Part shown: one piece after another, positions 1 through 14,315 of the stretch
Layout: every line of letters starts with the position of its first letter
Numbering within the stretch: position 1 is the first letter of the stretch
Source of the DNA: Amoebophrya sp. A120
Lineage: Eukaryota; Protista; Dinoflagellata
Assembly (NCBI GenBank): GCA_905178155.1
Contig: CAJINV010000004.1
Location: forward strand, 6,575,409-6,639,408
DNA length: 64,000 nt
Direction: 5' to 3'
Translations under genes and position numbers: made by a program
The notes under the pieces: generated by a model
What the model saw: the letters and a program-made list of their open reading frames with translations, nothing else
The model's database searches: none
What the model was told of the DNA's origin: nothing

Positions 1-87
1 TCTTATGATCGGAATTTTGTTGGATGTCCACCGACCTATCTCACTCCAAACTGCATTGGCCATGCGCGTCTCCCATAGTACGACACG

Positions 88-3000
88 ATGAGCACCCTTC
101 CACCTGGCCCTCCGGGGCCTCCTGGTGTCGTGGTGTCCGCTTCCCGCGGTCAGCACGCATTGGACCACGGCCTGAGTCGGCGGGACCAAAAGGAGTGCAA
201 GCGGTTCGAACAGGTATCAAATGCAAAAATGATGTCTGGGCCTGGGAGATTCCGAGATTTGTCATGCAGTTTTTCCAAGCTCCCCCACGTCTGGAATGCA
301 GGGCCAGCATCACAGGTTCTGCAGCTCCTTGGTGATGCATATTCTGCATGAGAAATGCCCTCTCAGCATGGCCAGAAGTGGGCACCTTTTGCACTTTATG
401 CATCACAGATCTTTGTAGGATCTGAAACACGCATCACAAGTTTGTCTTCTTCCAGACCCAGACATATTTGCAGTTCATAACAGGAACTGTACGGAAAATT
501 GCAGCAGTTCGAGCTCGCGAAAGAATGGGCGGACCTGTCGAACGTGCTTATGGCGTTGCACCGCGTATTTTCCACGAACGACTCCAGTTCGCAGTACTCA
601 GAGGCGTTTTACCAGCGGTAAGTAAGTAGCACCTCTTTCGAGAAGACGAATGTGAATCTTTGGCCGTCAAATGCGTTTTCAGTATGAGGAAGATAGTGTG
701 TGATGCAAAAATGGTAGAAGTAGAAGATCAAAAATCAATTCACTGTGCATATCAAGATTTAGATATCCCCCTCTCAACATCATCCCAGCCGCCTTGCGAA
801 GAGCCAGATGAAGCGAACTCTGGGCCGGCGGTTAGCGCAGTGTCTGAACCCCCAACTCCCCTCCGGGGTGCACCTCAGCACGCTGAAAATCTACGACTCG
901 ATCTTCAGCCAAATCGGGTCCGACGGACTGGTTTCCGACCTCGGACTGTATTCTTCCGGCCTGTTTCCCCACGTGGCGAACTGCGGAAAGCAGGTCCAGG
1001 CCGCGCTGCTGATTTTACTCGAAAAACATTATTTGCCGTTGAAGTCCCGCTTGGAGCCCTGCATGACGGGTTTGGTGTCCGCGTTGTTACCCTTGTTGGA
1101 AGACGAGGCGAATCCGAACATCGCGCGGGTGTCCAACCTGTTCGCGAAACTGGTAGACGCGGTGTCCGAATCTTCTTTCTGTTCCAACCTGTGGCTGCTG
1201 CTGCTGAAGACGCCGAAAATCCGGTTGCCTGGACTGAAATTGCTGACGAACATCGTGCAGAACTGTTTAAAGAAGAACACCAGTATTCTGGTCGGCTCAA
1301 CATCTACTGCGCCGGGAGCCGCGGGGGCTCAACATACGGGCACAGGAAGTGGAGCAGGATCAGGGGCGTATGCGGGGGGAGGAACTGTCGTGAACACCGC
1401 CACGCGGTCAAGCCGAGACAATGGTTTGCTCCTCGCAGGGAACAACTCTGCGGGCACCAGTACTTTGCTTCTGAAAAGCCCTGGAAGTGGAAGTAAGATG
1501 CGCTCCGCACCACTGCTACATGTTCGCGCAGCAGCAGGCGCAGCGTCGTCTGCAGGTGCTGCACAAATAGCAGAACTAGGAGGGGGTAATAAGGGAGGTG
1601 CCGCACCGCTCTCCCCCCTGCGACCAGCCGAGGCTTCTGTAAGAAAGGCCAACCAAGGGAGTTTGCAGCTTCTAGCTCCTCCCTCCTCCTCAGCCCTGCG
1701 CGCCGGCGCAAGTGGCAGCGCGACGCTTTTACCCGCAGCAGCGACCTCCAGTCCGCAAATACGGGGTCAGGTGCAAAAGGATACAGCCAATCGCGGAAGT
1801 AGTGGAAGCGCATCCGCGAGTCAACAACATACTCTTCTCCCTACGTACGAAAAGACCTTCCCATCTGGCGTCGACGCGCTGCCGAGAGCGAAAATCGATG
1901 CGCTCTTCCCCTTCCACCGTTCCCAACTGGTTCTGCAAACGCTGGAAACCCTGCTGCAGGACTCCCAGCAGCCGCTCGTGCAGCGGGCTGCGTTAGACTT
2001 TATTGCGCAGTTTCTCCCAATGTCTTCCACCGTGTGGCCCCCGGCGACGGGAGGGTCCAGCGGTAGTTCGAGCTCAACATCACACACGACTACAGGTTCA
2101 ACATCTACTACGACGAGTTCGAAAGCGAAACAAGCGGTCCTTCGGACGGTTGTGGCGCTGTTCCAGCAGAACGACGGGAGTTTGAACCGGAGAATTGTCT
2201 TTTACCTGACCAACCGCTACGGTGATTTCGGCGGGATGGACCCCGCCAGCCGAGCGTACTACGATGTGCACGTCCATAAATGTTTAATTCGCGTTTTTAT
2301 GACCGATCTTCTGGTTGCCTGCGGCTGGCCGGGGTCCTCGGTCAACGCCGTGGTGGAGCGGGTTTTGTTGGTGGCTGCGAAGAGGCAAAGGGCTAGTGAA
2401 GATGGAGCTGGTAATGCCTCATCCGGTGCTGGGTCGTCTGCCTCTACCACTTCGCTAGGCCCAGCAGCACAACTCCTGGTGTCCTCTCCATTGGGGGCCC
2501 ACAGCACCCGTACCGGACTGATTTCGCCGTTGCTGGCGACCAAGGGCAGAGTTGACTCGTCTTTAGCGACACCGGCTCGACCACTGCAGCAGAGTCCACC
2601 GGTGGTCGGATTGTCTACCGCACCGGAGGTTCTGCTTTCCCCAGCTTTGTGCGCCGCTGCGAGCAGCAGTACTAGCCGTATTCCAGGCGAGAAGGGTCCA
2701 CAGGCTTTCAACCTCCTCGATGAATTGCACCGGTATCGGGAGCAGGAGGGTCTAGCAGGTGCGTGTTCCACGACGAGCCAAGGTACTAGTACAACCACTT
2801 CTGCAATTGCAACAAGCACGATTAGAAGAGCGCAGCAGGAGCAGCATGATTTGTTCAACCACCACAGCACGACCCAGCTGCACACTTTCTCGCAGCATGC
2901 GAACTGCCTCCGCTCCATTACTTGTTTACTGCAGGAAGTCGAGGAGATCCGCGGCACCGTCGTGCCCGAGCTGAGCATTTTTGTCTTACTATACCTTGAC

Positions 3001-6000
3001 GCGTGCCGAAATTCAACAGTCCGCGACCAAGCCAAGGATTTTTTCGACGGGGCAGACCGGGATTTGGTCCTAGAACAGCTGAAGGAGCTGTGGCAAACCT
3101 CGACGAACCCGGTGTACGCACTGCAGCTCCATCGGGTGTTTCTGGAAGAAGTGTGCGAAGAGGTGGACTTCGGGCGGCATCTGGAGCGGATATTGACCCT
3201 GGCGTTTGCGTCGCTACCACTAATCGCCCCGACGGTAGAGAAGTTGCCGGACTTGTGCGAGGCCCTGAAATTCTGCCAAAATTTGTTTCAACAATTCGAC
3301 AAAATACAGGTCGAAAGTAGACGTCGTGGCAAGAAGATGAACAACCGAGGGAACAATGGGTCAGCTGGGAGAATACAGGAGGAAAACTTTGTTGTCACGG
3401 GTGAAGCTGCGCAAGAAGTTGTAGAGGCGTCAACAGAACGAGAACCAGCGTTTTCCAACTCCGCCACCTCGCCCACAACTACTTCCGAGACCACGACCCA
3501 GACCTTACAGCACGCGGTCAGCCGCCTCCTCGCGCACTTCGAGTTTCTCTTGCGGTCCATGCTGCGGAGCGAGAGCGTCGAGGAGCGGGTGTTGCAGGCC
3601 TACGCGGTTTTGTCTGAAACCGTGGTACAGCTTCACGATCACTTTCCGGCGAGACAGTCGCTGTTGGAAATCATCTGCATTGCCTGCACGGAACAGGGAA
3701 TCAGGAATGATTTAGGCAAGATGTCGAACTACAACTCAAAGAGCCCCCCAACTACAAGAGGAAGTGTGGTAAAGTGGGATAAAGAGGTCTTTTCAGCATC
3801 AGGAACAAGCAAAATAAACACCTCTCAACATCTGCTTGTTCCACCACCCATCGCTTTCAACCGTTCGGAGTTCAATTGCCATCTAGTTCGGACCTTCACG
3901 GGCTTGCTCTCTTGCTTGCCAACGTCCTACACGCTCGGAGCCAGTATTCCAAAAATCGTTTTACACCTGTGGCGGCTGTTGAACACGAGTAGCATTGATT
4001 TGGACGTAACGATCGTGGAACTCTTGATCAACCTGAATAGGGAAGTCATGACGCGGAAGAACTTGACCGAGGAAATCTCCATTGCCGATATCCTGGTTGC
4101 CGATTTCCAAAGTGGGAACCCCATGACCGGCGTGATCCGCTACGCGAGTCTGTGGCGCAGCGGCGTCACGCTGTTGGCCGCACTACACCAGCACGGGACG
4201 AACAATTTTTATCCTACTACAACGGCAGGGCATCTTCAAGGGTCTTCTACTTCTTGCGGAATGTTTGCCCGCACGCTGGATGGGGAAGAGGACGGCTCTA
4301 CTGTCGACATTATAAATCAGCGCATCCACATTCTCGAGTCGTTGGTCGCCGTGGACCAGTTTTCGCAGACGTTTCTCGCAGAAAAGAGGGTTACGAAAGA
4401 CCACGCGGCTTACGAAATGCCACTGGAGATGTTCAACGATGGTTGTTTGAAAAGTATTATGTCGCACGACCGGGTTCAGTTCGTCCCGAGATATGCGAAT
4501 TTTCTTTTCCCGAATGTCACGAAGTTAGTCCTGGGGTGTTTGGACGCCAAGGAGCCGAATTTAAAGCACATCGCGAGGAGCTGGGCCGTGGAGGCGGTTT
4601 CGCACCTTCCCTGTTTGCTGGATCCGTTATTTGAGGACCTTTTGGCCTTTCTCCTTTTGATGGTAACGAAAAATAAGACTGCCTCAAGGTCAACAACACC
4701 TGACACGGCGGAAAGAAGTAGCGACTCTCTGCTTGCACCGGTTGAACTAGCGCCGGACAACGTCGACAGCCAGAATACTCACGAGAATTATTCCCAGCAG
4801 CCTCCCGAATCCGTGCGAAAGCGCGTCGCGTCGCCGAAGCATGTCCTGCTGCGACGGTTCTTTTCCTCCCGCGCGGGGGAGCTGCTCGCCGACGCGACGG
4901 CGAAACAAGCGCCCGGAACGGCGAGGAACGGTGAACAACCCGAAAGAACCTCCGGGACGACGAATACGAGTGAAGCAGAAACATCAGAAGTTGTCCCGAT
5001 GCTGCACCAGCAAACGGGTGATCTTCAATTTCATTCCTCTTCCGAAATGGACCCCCAAGCTGCAGCGGCGAAAATGGGTGCTACAGGCAGCAGGACAACT
5101 GTCCTATCGCCAAGAAGAATGGAGAAAACCGTGGTCGATGGTGTGGCGAAAATGCTGCAGCGGTGCCTTACCATCTTCGAAATATTCACCTCCCTGGTCC
5201 AGGCCGATTACCACTTGATGTTCGACCAGATGCGCCGGCACAGGGTGAGCAAGCACCTCACGGAAGCGTTGCAGGACTACTACTGCCACATCCACTGGTT
5301 GCAGCTGAGCGTCAGCTCGAAAGCCAGCGAAGTTGGAAATTTTTGCCCCCGGGATGCGAGTCACGTGAAGGATTACGCTGATTTCATGTGCCACACGTGT
5401 CTCTGCTTCCTGGAACTCCCGACCAACGGCCCGGAGACGAGGCATCAGCTGGACGACTGGCAGAGCGAATTGGGAAAGAACGTTTTTCTCGCAGCGGCAG
5501 GGATGCTGGGAAAGGAAAGTGTTGGAACAAATGCGGCTGGTGCAGCGGCTGGTGGTAGAACTAGAAGTAGTGCGGATTATAATTTCGTTAGACCTCCAAA
5601 GTCGTCGGAAAAAAGGACGAGCGCTGGCGGAAACGTCTTTGACAGTGCGGCCACAACGACAGCTGAAGAGGAGGTCCAAGACGTGCTAGTAGAAACATCA
5701 CACTTGATAATTCCCGAAACACCAGCTACCGCAGACGGGACCAACAGCAGCTCGACTACAGGCCTGGGAAGAACGTCCACAGAATCGACATTCTCGGGCT
5801 CGACGGAACTTGTTTCTAGCTCAGTGTCGACCATTTCGGCCGGTAGTAAGACTAGTCAGCGGAGCTCCGATAGTCGTGGGGGCTCGAATAAATCCGTGAT
5901 ATGTAGTAATAGCGCCGATCTTCAGGAACAGGACCAAAGGAATTGCTCCGCCCGTATGACGGAGCTGCCAGTTGTCGCAGAGGGGTGTGTCAGCGGTGAG

Positions 6001-9000
6001 GGTCCGTGCGAAGATGAAAAAGGATGTGCTGAAGATACAGCTGCAAGCGAAAAAGGAGCGGTAGGTGGTAAGGCAGACAGTGGAGAAAATCAGGCGCCGA
6101 AGCCGCACGAACATGACGCAGCAGCAGAGACGCAGCCATCGGGGGGGGAAACCGCGCTTGCCTCGGAGCCGTATCAGTCCCCTTTAGCGACACTGCAACC
6201 TAGTCTTGAATCCAAACCCGCACTACATCCCCTCCCAACCGGGCGCAGTACGCAGGTTGTGCTTCCTTCTGAGCAAAAGTTCTTGCGGCTCAAAGTCAAG
6301 CGGCAAGCCGACATTTCCCCGACCGATCAAGATGCAACCACGAGAACAAGTACCAGCAATAAAGTTTTGAATCTTAGTCCCGATCTCTACTTCTCCAGTC
6401 GTATCGAGGGACTTGTGAATGCCATTCGGGCGAGTAGCGGCGAGTTTCTCAAGTCCTTTCTCGGTCCGATCAGCAACCCGGAGAAGGGACATATCACGAG
6501 AAAAAAGTGTTACAGTTACACATTTGTTGGAGTTTCTGCATCACAAATTTTTTCTGTGTGGCAGAGAAAACTTGTAATGCGAAGATCATAAGGGAAAACA
6601 GGAAGGAAACGAGGCTCCCAAGCATTTCCTGCATGAGAAAGGTTGTCTCTGTTGCCGGTCTTGCAACGCAATGTGTAAGCGTAACACTTTTTTCTTGCGA
6701 TAGGACGGGAGATCTGTGCCTGCCTGATTGACCCGCTTTTGCAGATCTATCCTGTGCAAAAGTATCGTACTCGTATAAATGCAATTCTTGCATCACAGGT
6801 CTTTTACTTAAGGTAAATCCGCATTACTTCTCATGCTGAGGAAATTTGTAATGCATTTATACGAGTACGATACTTTTGCAGTTCATAAGATCTTGGACGC
6901 GACGATTCGGGCGCGGGACTACACCATCCAGGTGCATCTGATCGGTATTCTCCGCGTCATGCTGGTGCTGTCCAACCAATTCGCCTCCGGGGGGCAAGAG
7001 ATGGCGGGTAAAAGTTGTACTAGCAGCTTTGCCGGAACTACGAATCAACAAACTAGTGAGATGGCAACTTCTCACGTGATGCGGAAGGTCATTGGCAACA
7101 GCAGCGGTGCTAGTACTACCTCTCCGACCTCGCAACGCGACATGATGCTGGAAAGGACTCCACAAATAACCCCCGCGGTTGGACGACAAGGAGAGCCGCA
7201 GGATCATTTTGGTTTGACCGTATCATCTACTTCGCCCTCCGGCTTGAGCCCCAACAGCTCGGTAGATGGTCGTGAAAACTTCACCACTAATGCCTCGCTC
7301 CTGCAAGAATCGAGGCGGAGGACGACCATGAGCCAGGGTGTTTCTGCGACAATGTCTTCGAACACATCGACTCCAACTGTGCGGGAAAAGGCGACTGTTG
7401 ATTCAACATCGTCGGCAAGGTTGTACCAAGACCGGCATAATTCGAAGAAGCAAACTACTTCACAAAGAAATTATAAGCCCAGAGCACAACGCGGACCACC
7501 AGACCACCAGCGGCAAAAGTTCTCCGGGTCCCTGGCCTGCTACCCACCGCTGCTGCCTTGTTTACTACGGGCAATCGGCCGGTTGCAGCAGCACGCAGGG
7601 ATAAAGAACACGGCTGCTACTTCTAGATCGATTTCAACTACTTCCTCCTCTAGTACCTCTAATAAACTCCTAACAAGTAATAACAATTTCGGCGACGACG
7701 CGATTTTCCAACGGTATTCGTATCAAATGCAAATATGTCTGGGTCTGGAAGAGTCCGAACTTGTGATGCTGCATTTGGATTCCAAAAAAATTTGTATTGC
7801 ATAAGCAGCAAAGGGAATGCAATTTTGGCTATGCAGAGAGGGCATTTGCCATGCGGAATAGGCATCGCGAAGCCCTGAAGAAGTCTGTAATGCTAGGGCA
7901 TGCATCACAGACATCATGGCCCAAGGAAAACGTGCATGACAAGTCTGCTCAGAATGTTCCAGACCCAGACATTTTTGCATTTCATAATTCGCAGGCCAGC
8001 ACGATAGCCCAGTTTGTTGAGTTCATGGTGTTCATCGTGCGCCAGGTTTCTGTATGCATTGCAAAAGTATCGTACTCGTATAAATGCATATACAAATTTC
8101 CTTAGCATGAGAAATAAAATTTGTGATGCGGCTTTAGCCTAAGAACAAGATTTGTAAATGCATGTTTGCAAAAATTACTACGAGTGCGATACTTTTGCAC
8201 AGGATATTCTGCCATGCCAGCGGAGTTCACGCGCGTGGTGGCTGCGGCGGTGAGTAGTTTTTGCCAGGAGATTCAGAAGGTGATTCAGCTTCGGGGGGAC
8301 ACCCAAGCCATGAACGAGCGAAAATTGGAGCAGACCGAGCTTGTCACCAGCCACTTTCTCCGAGGCATTTGCGACATCGTGCACGCCTGCTTGTCGCAGT
8401 GCGACGCGAAACAGGACGCGGATGGGAGTGGGGCGAGTGCAACCGGTTATTCAACATCTAAGGGCACGACCACTAACCGGGCGTCCAATTGGTTTTTCGG
8501 ACTGGTTTTATCGGGAAGCGGGGGGGACAATTCCGCGGAAAGTCAGACGTCGCAACAAGTCCGGACGATGCTGTTTGAAGTAATCCCGGAAATCTTGGCT
8601 GTCACCGTCGCATCGGTCGCAAGCATTTCGGGGCAGAATAGAACTGGAAATAAACAGATGAATTTTCCTCGTGCAGTGGGAGGGAGGACAACTTCTACTG
8701 GCTCCGGATACAACAATTTGAACGAGAGTTTCACATCTTCTGGAGGGGCATTTGGATTTGCAGCAACATCCTCCTCGTCTCTCGCGCTTAGCGGCACGCG
8801 GGACAACATCCGGAGGCAAATGAAGACGATGCTGAATTCGATTTTCGCCCGGTTTCCGCAGCTCTTCGTGGAGTCGGTCTTGCGTATCTGCCGCGACAAG
8901 CAGAGCATTTTACCGTCTCTCCTCGAAACACTGGCGTCCTTGGAGAAAGCCAAGCCGGAGATCGTGTTGCGGTGTGTGGCGGTCGCGTTCGAAAAGGAGC

Positions 9001-12000
9001 TGAGTTGCAGTGTGGGGAGCAACAAGAACAAAACCAGGACTGCTTCTTCGAAAGAAGTTCCCCGGGAAGTCTCATCTGCGAAGAATGATCATGCCGATTC
9101 TAGTATAGAAGCGGCATTCACGACACACAACGAGGATCCTACGACTTTAACGGGACGACCAACCACTTCCAATTTGCGAAATTACCAGCACGGCACTTCG
9201 GGCACTAGAGCAAGTACTACTCAAGATGGCTCTACTAGCTCCCGAGGACCGAACGTCGCGCAAGAGACCACTCCTGTATCAAGCTGTATCCCGCCGAACG
9301 AGGAAAACTTGCTTCTCTATTTCCTGTACAGCTACATGTCGCACTGCAGTCGCGGGCTGTCCTCGCTGGAGATCCTCTGGAAGAGCGTCGCGCGTATCGC
9401 CACCGCCGCGGTGAAGCATTCTAAGCAGCCCGTGACGATGCTATGGGTGCTGTCCTTGATCCAGCTGTGCGATGGGATTACACAGCGGAACCTCGCCGTG
9501 AACGCGAGAAGGAGTAAAACAGGCCGAAATACGACCAGTAATGGAAGTGCGTTGCAGCAACCAATCCTCTACGAGCAGCAAATTTTCGATCAGTTGGACA
9601 TCCGACGGTTCCGGAAAGACGTCACCGCGCTGGTGGTCTTTCTGATCGGATTAGTGGCCATGGAGCAGCCGACAGAACTGCTGAGTGGCAGTACTAGCAG
9701 TAGCTTGAGAAATAAAGAACATACAACTTCCGAGGCGCATCACTTGCTGCACCCGCCACTGCCCCCGCAACTCGAAATGACGCGTGAGTATGATGGTGCG
9801 CAGAAGAAGTTCTGGCACCAAAAAACATTGCAGGCAAGGTCGAGAGTGCAGACACCTGGTGTATCTTCGACTTCTGGAGCTGGGGTGGAAATAAAAGACG
9901 GAAAGGACCCACGGCAGCAGCTGAACAGCAACAATAAGATTCTAAAGACTGCTGGAGCGAGCACGAGCAGTAGCAACCTCGATATGCTGAATAAGCACAA
10001 GTCCGTTTCTTGTTTGCCCTGCGCGGGCCCCGGCGGAACCTTCGGTAGTCGAGGGAATACGAATTTTGATCGTTCCCCAGATGAAGCAGCAACGGTTCAT
10101 CCTGTCAAAACTGCATCATCATCAGGCGCTCATTTGGATCTCAGCTGGATGGTACAGCAGCTACAGCAGAAGCAGACTACTCGAGGACCGCATCAAACCC
10201 TAGTCGCATCTTCTTCCCCCTCCGCACCATCAGCACCCCCACCTCCCCTTCCCGCTCGTGATCAACTCGCGATTTGCAGTTTGCGCTTTCTCATCGTTTT
10301 CCTTTGCGACGTGAACGAATGCAGCTCGACGCAGACGAGATTCGGGACCTTGTTTCTGGACGCTTTACTGTACAGCAGCAAATACTGTAGTTTAGTGCAT
10401 TCCGTCACCCACAACGAGCTCCAATATTTGAAAATTGACAAGGGAACGACCAAGCTTTTTCAAGAAGAGTGGGTCTACCTACTGCTAACCTCGGTCGCGA
10501 ACCTGCCGTTCGATTTGTACCGGGAGAGCATTCTGAAGACGAAGTTGAACAAAACGCTCGTGTCCGCAGTGAACAGCCCGAACTTCTTCGCTTTGAACGT
10601 TTCTACCGCCCGTAGTTTGCGTTGCTGGGCCGAGATCGTGGGCGAATTGCTGTTGTATTTCCACGCGGAACAGTTGGGGTTTCCAACTGGAAGTGGGGCG
10701 GGCGGGACAAGTGGGAGCGTATCAAATGCAAGAATGTCTGGGTCTGGAAGAGTGCATGTTTGTCATGCTTGTCTGGCATGACTCTTAAATCTGTCATGCA
10801 AGTTACCCAAGAGCTCTATTCTTCTGTGATGCAGAAACGCAGTTTGATTGTCATGATGAGTAGGCAACACCTAGAAGCTCAGAAACTTGTCATGCTGAGC
10901 CAGCACCTGTGGCCTCATCATGAGACGCCACCCAGCATCACAAGTTTCCAGACCCAGACACTTTTGCATTTGATAGAGCGAGGAAGAACGCGATGAACAG
11001 TGTTACGCGAGAACAAGAACCTCTCGAGGAGCAGGCGTGGAGGAGAATTGTGGAACAATCGGGGAGTTGCAGCAAAGGGGAACAGCCATGGGATCTAAGC
11101 AAAATTCGTTTTCGTTTTCCTCCGCTTCCCGAGAGCAGCAGCAGCACCTGCAACGAATAGAAGTCTCGTCATTCAACAGAAACAACGGCAACAGCGTCGG
11201 ATTGCTGAATGGAGGTACACCAGGACGCAACATCGGCAACAGGGTTGCAAAGTCACACACGTCTCTGCTCGGCGACATAGAGGACGACTTTGAAGACATT
11301 AGAACTACTCCGGAAAATTTTCTTCTCGAAGATGAATCACCGGAACAAATTCTGTCAGCCCAACATCGGCCGCAAGAAGGACTAATGCAGCAGTTGCACA
11401 GAGTACCCGCAAGGAAAATCAAGAGCCGGCACCAGAAGCAGCGCGCGGAGGTGTTGGCGAACGACGGGCAGGTGCAGTTGTTGTTTCAGATCTGTTGGCC
11501 CTCGAAAACCTCATTGCTGCAGTCCGTCGAGCAGGACCGGGCGCAGCGGTTGCAGTTTCTCCGGCGACTCTGCTTCGTTCTGTACGCGGGGGCGGAGAAC
11601 CAATTTGCGAGTGAGCTACGGGTATCAAATGTAAAAATGTCTGGGTCTGGAAGATTTTTAGATTTGTCATGCATATTTTCCATGACCCATGATGTCTGTG
11701 ATGCATACTGTAGCATCACAGATTTTTAGAGCGCTTTGTGATACCTCTACCGCATGAGAAATGCCCTCTCCTCGTAGCACAAACTGGAGTCCTCTTGCTG
11801 GTCATTTTAGTGGTTGAGGGGTAAATAAGGTCATGCAATACAATTTTTTTCAAAATCCAGAGACAGCATTACAAGTTTAGAATGTTCCAGACCCAGACAT
11901 TTTTGCATTTGATAACGAGACATCATGGACAAACTGTCCGAGTGTCTGCAGACCGTGGCCAATAGCGACTTGCAGTTGGGCGGTGGTGGGGCTACAGGCG

Positions 12001-13457
12001 GCGTAGGGAATCCTCGGAATTTCTTTAGCAATACTTCCTACATGCCTGAGGAACATGAATTTATTTCTGGCGCATATAATTCCTCGTCTTCCACCTACAA
12101 CGACTACTACGATGACAACGACGCGGTGCGGACCTGCGTCGGGCCCAGCAACGCCATCCCCTCGCCGCAAGTGCTGTCGAAAACGGCCCGGTATTTTTCG
12201 GAACTGCGTTCGGAGGTGTTGTTCGTGATCCGGATGTTGTTACTGAAGATGAGTCCGCGGTACCTGACCCCCTGTTGGCCCATGATTCTCGCGGAACTGA
12301 TCGGTGTGTTCTCGTCGTTGAGCACAAATTGTCTCGCGGTCGTGCCCCCGCAAATTGTTGCAAATAGCAGAAGCGGCCGAGAGGGAGATGGAATTGCAAA
12401 CCAAGAAAACCAGCCGAAAACTTCTTACCCGAAATACTACCTGGACATCGACCAGAAACAGGTTTTGGCGGCGTTAAAATTGGTGGACATGGTATCAAAT
12501 GTAAAAATGTCTGGGTCTGGAAGAATGCGCGATTTGTCATGCTGCTTTTCCATGACCCACGAGGTCTGGAATGCCGGAGCTAGCATGACAGATTCTGCGA
12601 GACCTTTCTAATGCCTATCCTGCATGAGAAACTACCTCCCGACTTGGTCAAAACTGGACGACTTTTGGTAATCATGCAACACAGATTTTTGCATGCTGCA
12701 TATTTCGCATGACAAGTTACAATCTTCCAGACCCAGACATTTTTACATTTGATACATGGCGGGACTGCTGGATTTAGAGGAGTACACACTGCATAGCTGG
12801 ATGTTCCAACCAATAGGCTGTAAAACTTCGTCAAATCTTCGAGCAGACGGCGGTGGAGGGTCCTCTTCGGGTTTGAATAGCAGCACGGCAGCCGAGATAA
12901 ACTACAGCCACAAGGATCTCGCTGCTGACCTTCACGGAAATAACAAATTGAAAAAGTTCCGGCCCTTTTCCGTCACTTTAAAACGCCTCTTGGACAAGGC
13001 CGCAAATCCGGATTTTGGGGAACAAGAACTCTCCAGCACCGCCAGCACAGTTTCTAAATCCACCTCCATCTACGCGCAGTCAGCGGCGAGCTCGAAAGTT
13101 TCTTCGGGAGTGGCAGGACGAGGAGAACTACAAGATAATTCATCTTCTACTTCGAGCGAAAATAGTAATCAGTTTTCGCAGGGACAGGGAGTGATAAATG
13201 CCAAGGGGCAGAATGTGTGCATCGATAAAGACACGAGGTTGTCGGATGCGTGCCGGGTCTTGAACGACGCCAGTATCCACACCATTCTCGCCCGCCAGCG
13301 AATCACGCACGAAACGCGAATGCGGCTCGCGGCCCGAGATTTTCTGCCGGCGAACGCTCCGGAAACGCCCGATTTTGAAGCGCGAGAGTATTTGAGCAAG
13401 ATGGAAATGTTCTATGTGGCGCTGGGGTCGACAACGATGTCTGCGGGGTTTGGTTAG
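88..13457 (+). CDS. DOP1: Dopey/DOP1-family protein, multi-exon, roughly 3,700-3,800 aa; interrupted by 8 introners and one canonical intron (about 618-788)
   Basis: Dopey_N motifs FELAKEWADL and LGRRLAQCLNPQLPSGVH; C-terminal LAALKLVDM...LHSWMF. ORFs 88, 808, 6833, 8166, 11037, 11925 and 12756 join in frame once the elements are removed. Confidence 0.88.
215..479. mobile_element. Introner, family A
   Basis: Ends tatcaaatgcaaaaatgatgtctggg / cccagacatatttgcagttcata; DR acagg/acagg; removal gives KRFEQELYGKLQQFE. Confidence 0.93.
6492..6702. mobile_element. Introner, family B
   Basis: TIR tatcacgagaaaaaagtgttac / gtaacacttttttcttgcgata; DR ggaca/ggacg; removal gives PEKGREICACL. Confidence 0.88.
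6748..6887. mobile_element. Introner, family C (140 bp)
   Basis: TIR core tgcaaaagtatcgtactcgtataaatgca; DR agatc/agatc; removal gives PLLQILDATIR. Confidence 0.92.
7721..7986. mobile_element. Introner, family A (interior reversed relative to 215-479)
   Basis: TIR tatcaaatgcaaatatgtctgggtctggaa; DR attcg/attcg; removal gives QRYSQASTIAQF. Confidence 0.93.
8053..8206. mobile_element. Introner, family C (opposite orientation to 6748-6887)
   Basis: Ends tatgcattgcaaaagtatcg / cgatacttttgcacaggata; DR ttctg/ttctg; removal gives VRQVSAMPAEF. Confidence 0.92.
10720..10975. mobile_element. Introner, family A
   Basis: Family A TIRs; DR gagcg/gagcg; removal gives GTSGSEEERDEQ. Confidence 0.93.
11623..11914. 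mobile_element. Introner, family A
   Basis: Family A TIRs; DR acggg/acgag; removal gives ASELRDIMDKL. Confidence 0.92.
12493..12754. mobile_element. Introner, family A, 262-bp subfamily
   Basis: Family A TIRs; DR catgg/catgg; removal gives KLVDMAGLLDL. Confidence 0.94.
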
Positions 13458-14315
13458 AAGAGAGAGTGGTGGCCGGGGAGGTGTGTTACAGGATATTGTA
13501 GATTTTTTGGTTGGTTGTATAGGTAATCTGCCCGCTTTTGGATTCTTACATATAATGACGAACGTTGCAGTTGTTGTCCGCAACAAAGCCATCTATGCCG
13601 AATTCTTGATGCCGAGTTTTTGGAAGAATCATGTCAATAAGATTCATTTTCATCATAAAAATGTATACGAACAAGAAAAATTACAGCTAAACTGCCGGGC
13701 GCAGATGTTGGTGATGCGAAAAAATGTTTGAAAGCTATCTTCCAGAGAACAAAGACATGCTGAAACCGTTCGAAGAATGGGTTGTTGTGAGGTTGAAACT
13801 ATTCTTAGCAAAGAGACATGAGCTTCATGTCCAATTCCTCTTTGCAGATTAAGTACTGAGTAGACCATCAAATAACATGCATTGTTTTCGGCAAAGTGAT
13901 CAATGCAGACAAATCGCGGAGCTATGTGTAGGCAACAGTGTTCTTCACTGTCCCCTTCAATGCACATGCAGAATGTAGATTCGCAAATCGTTTCGAGAGA
14001 GAAAGGAGACAGATTGCGGCTTCGACTCGTAGTTTTATCGTGGTCTTTTTCTTGTCTTTTCTAGCAGTCTTGTACACTACCAAGGTCAAACAGTAGCAGA
14101 ATTTTTTGATTGCTAGGTGTGTTTCTGTACAGATAGAAACTTCTTGAGAGTAGAATTTTTTGATTGCTAGTCTGTACAGATACATAGAACTTCTTGAGCA
14201 ACCATGCTCACGGGTGCTCCTCGATCCTTTTTTTAGAGCACCTGGCTTTGTACCTGTTTAATTCTTTGAGATAAGGAAGAGGCGTACTAGGCACGATCAA
14301 ACTTTTCAGAAGAGA

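Noticed and set aside
808-13457. Treating fragmented ORFs as separate genes or pseudogenes
   Set aside because: Frames and conserved motifs rejoin after element removal, consistent with single intact genes.
14093-14198. Short imperfect intergenic duplications (also about 21009-21058 and 44066-44118)
   Set aside because: Two-copy local slippage duplications without TIRs, DRs or family similarity.
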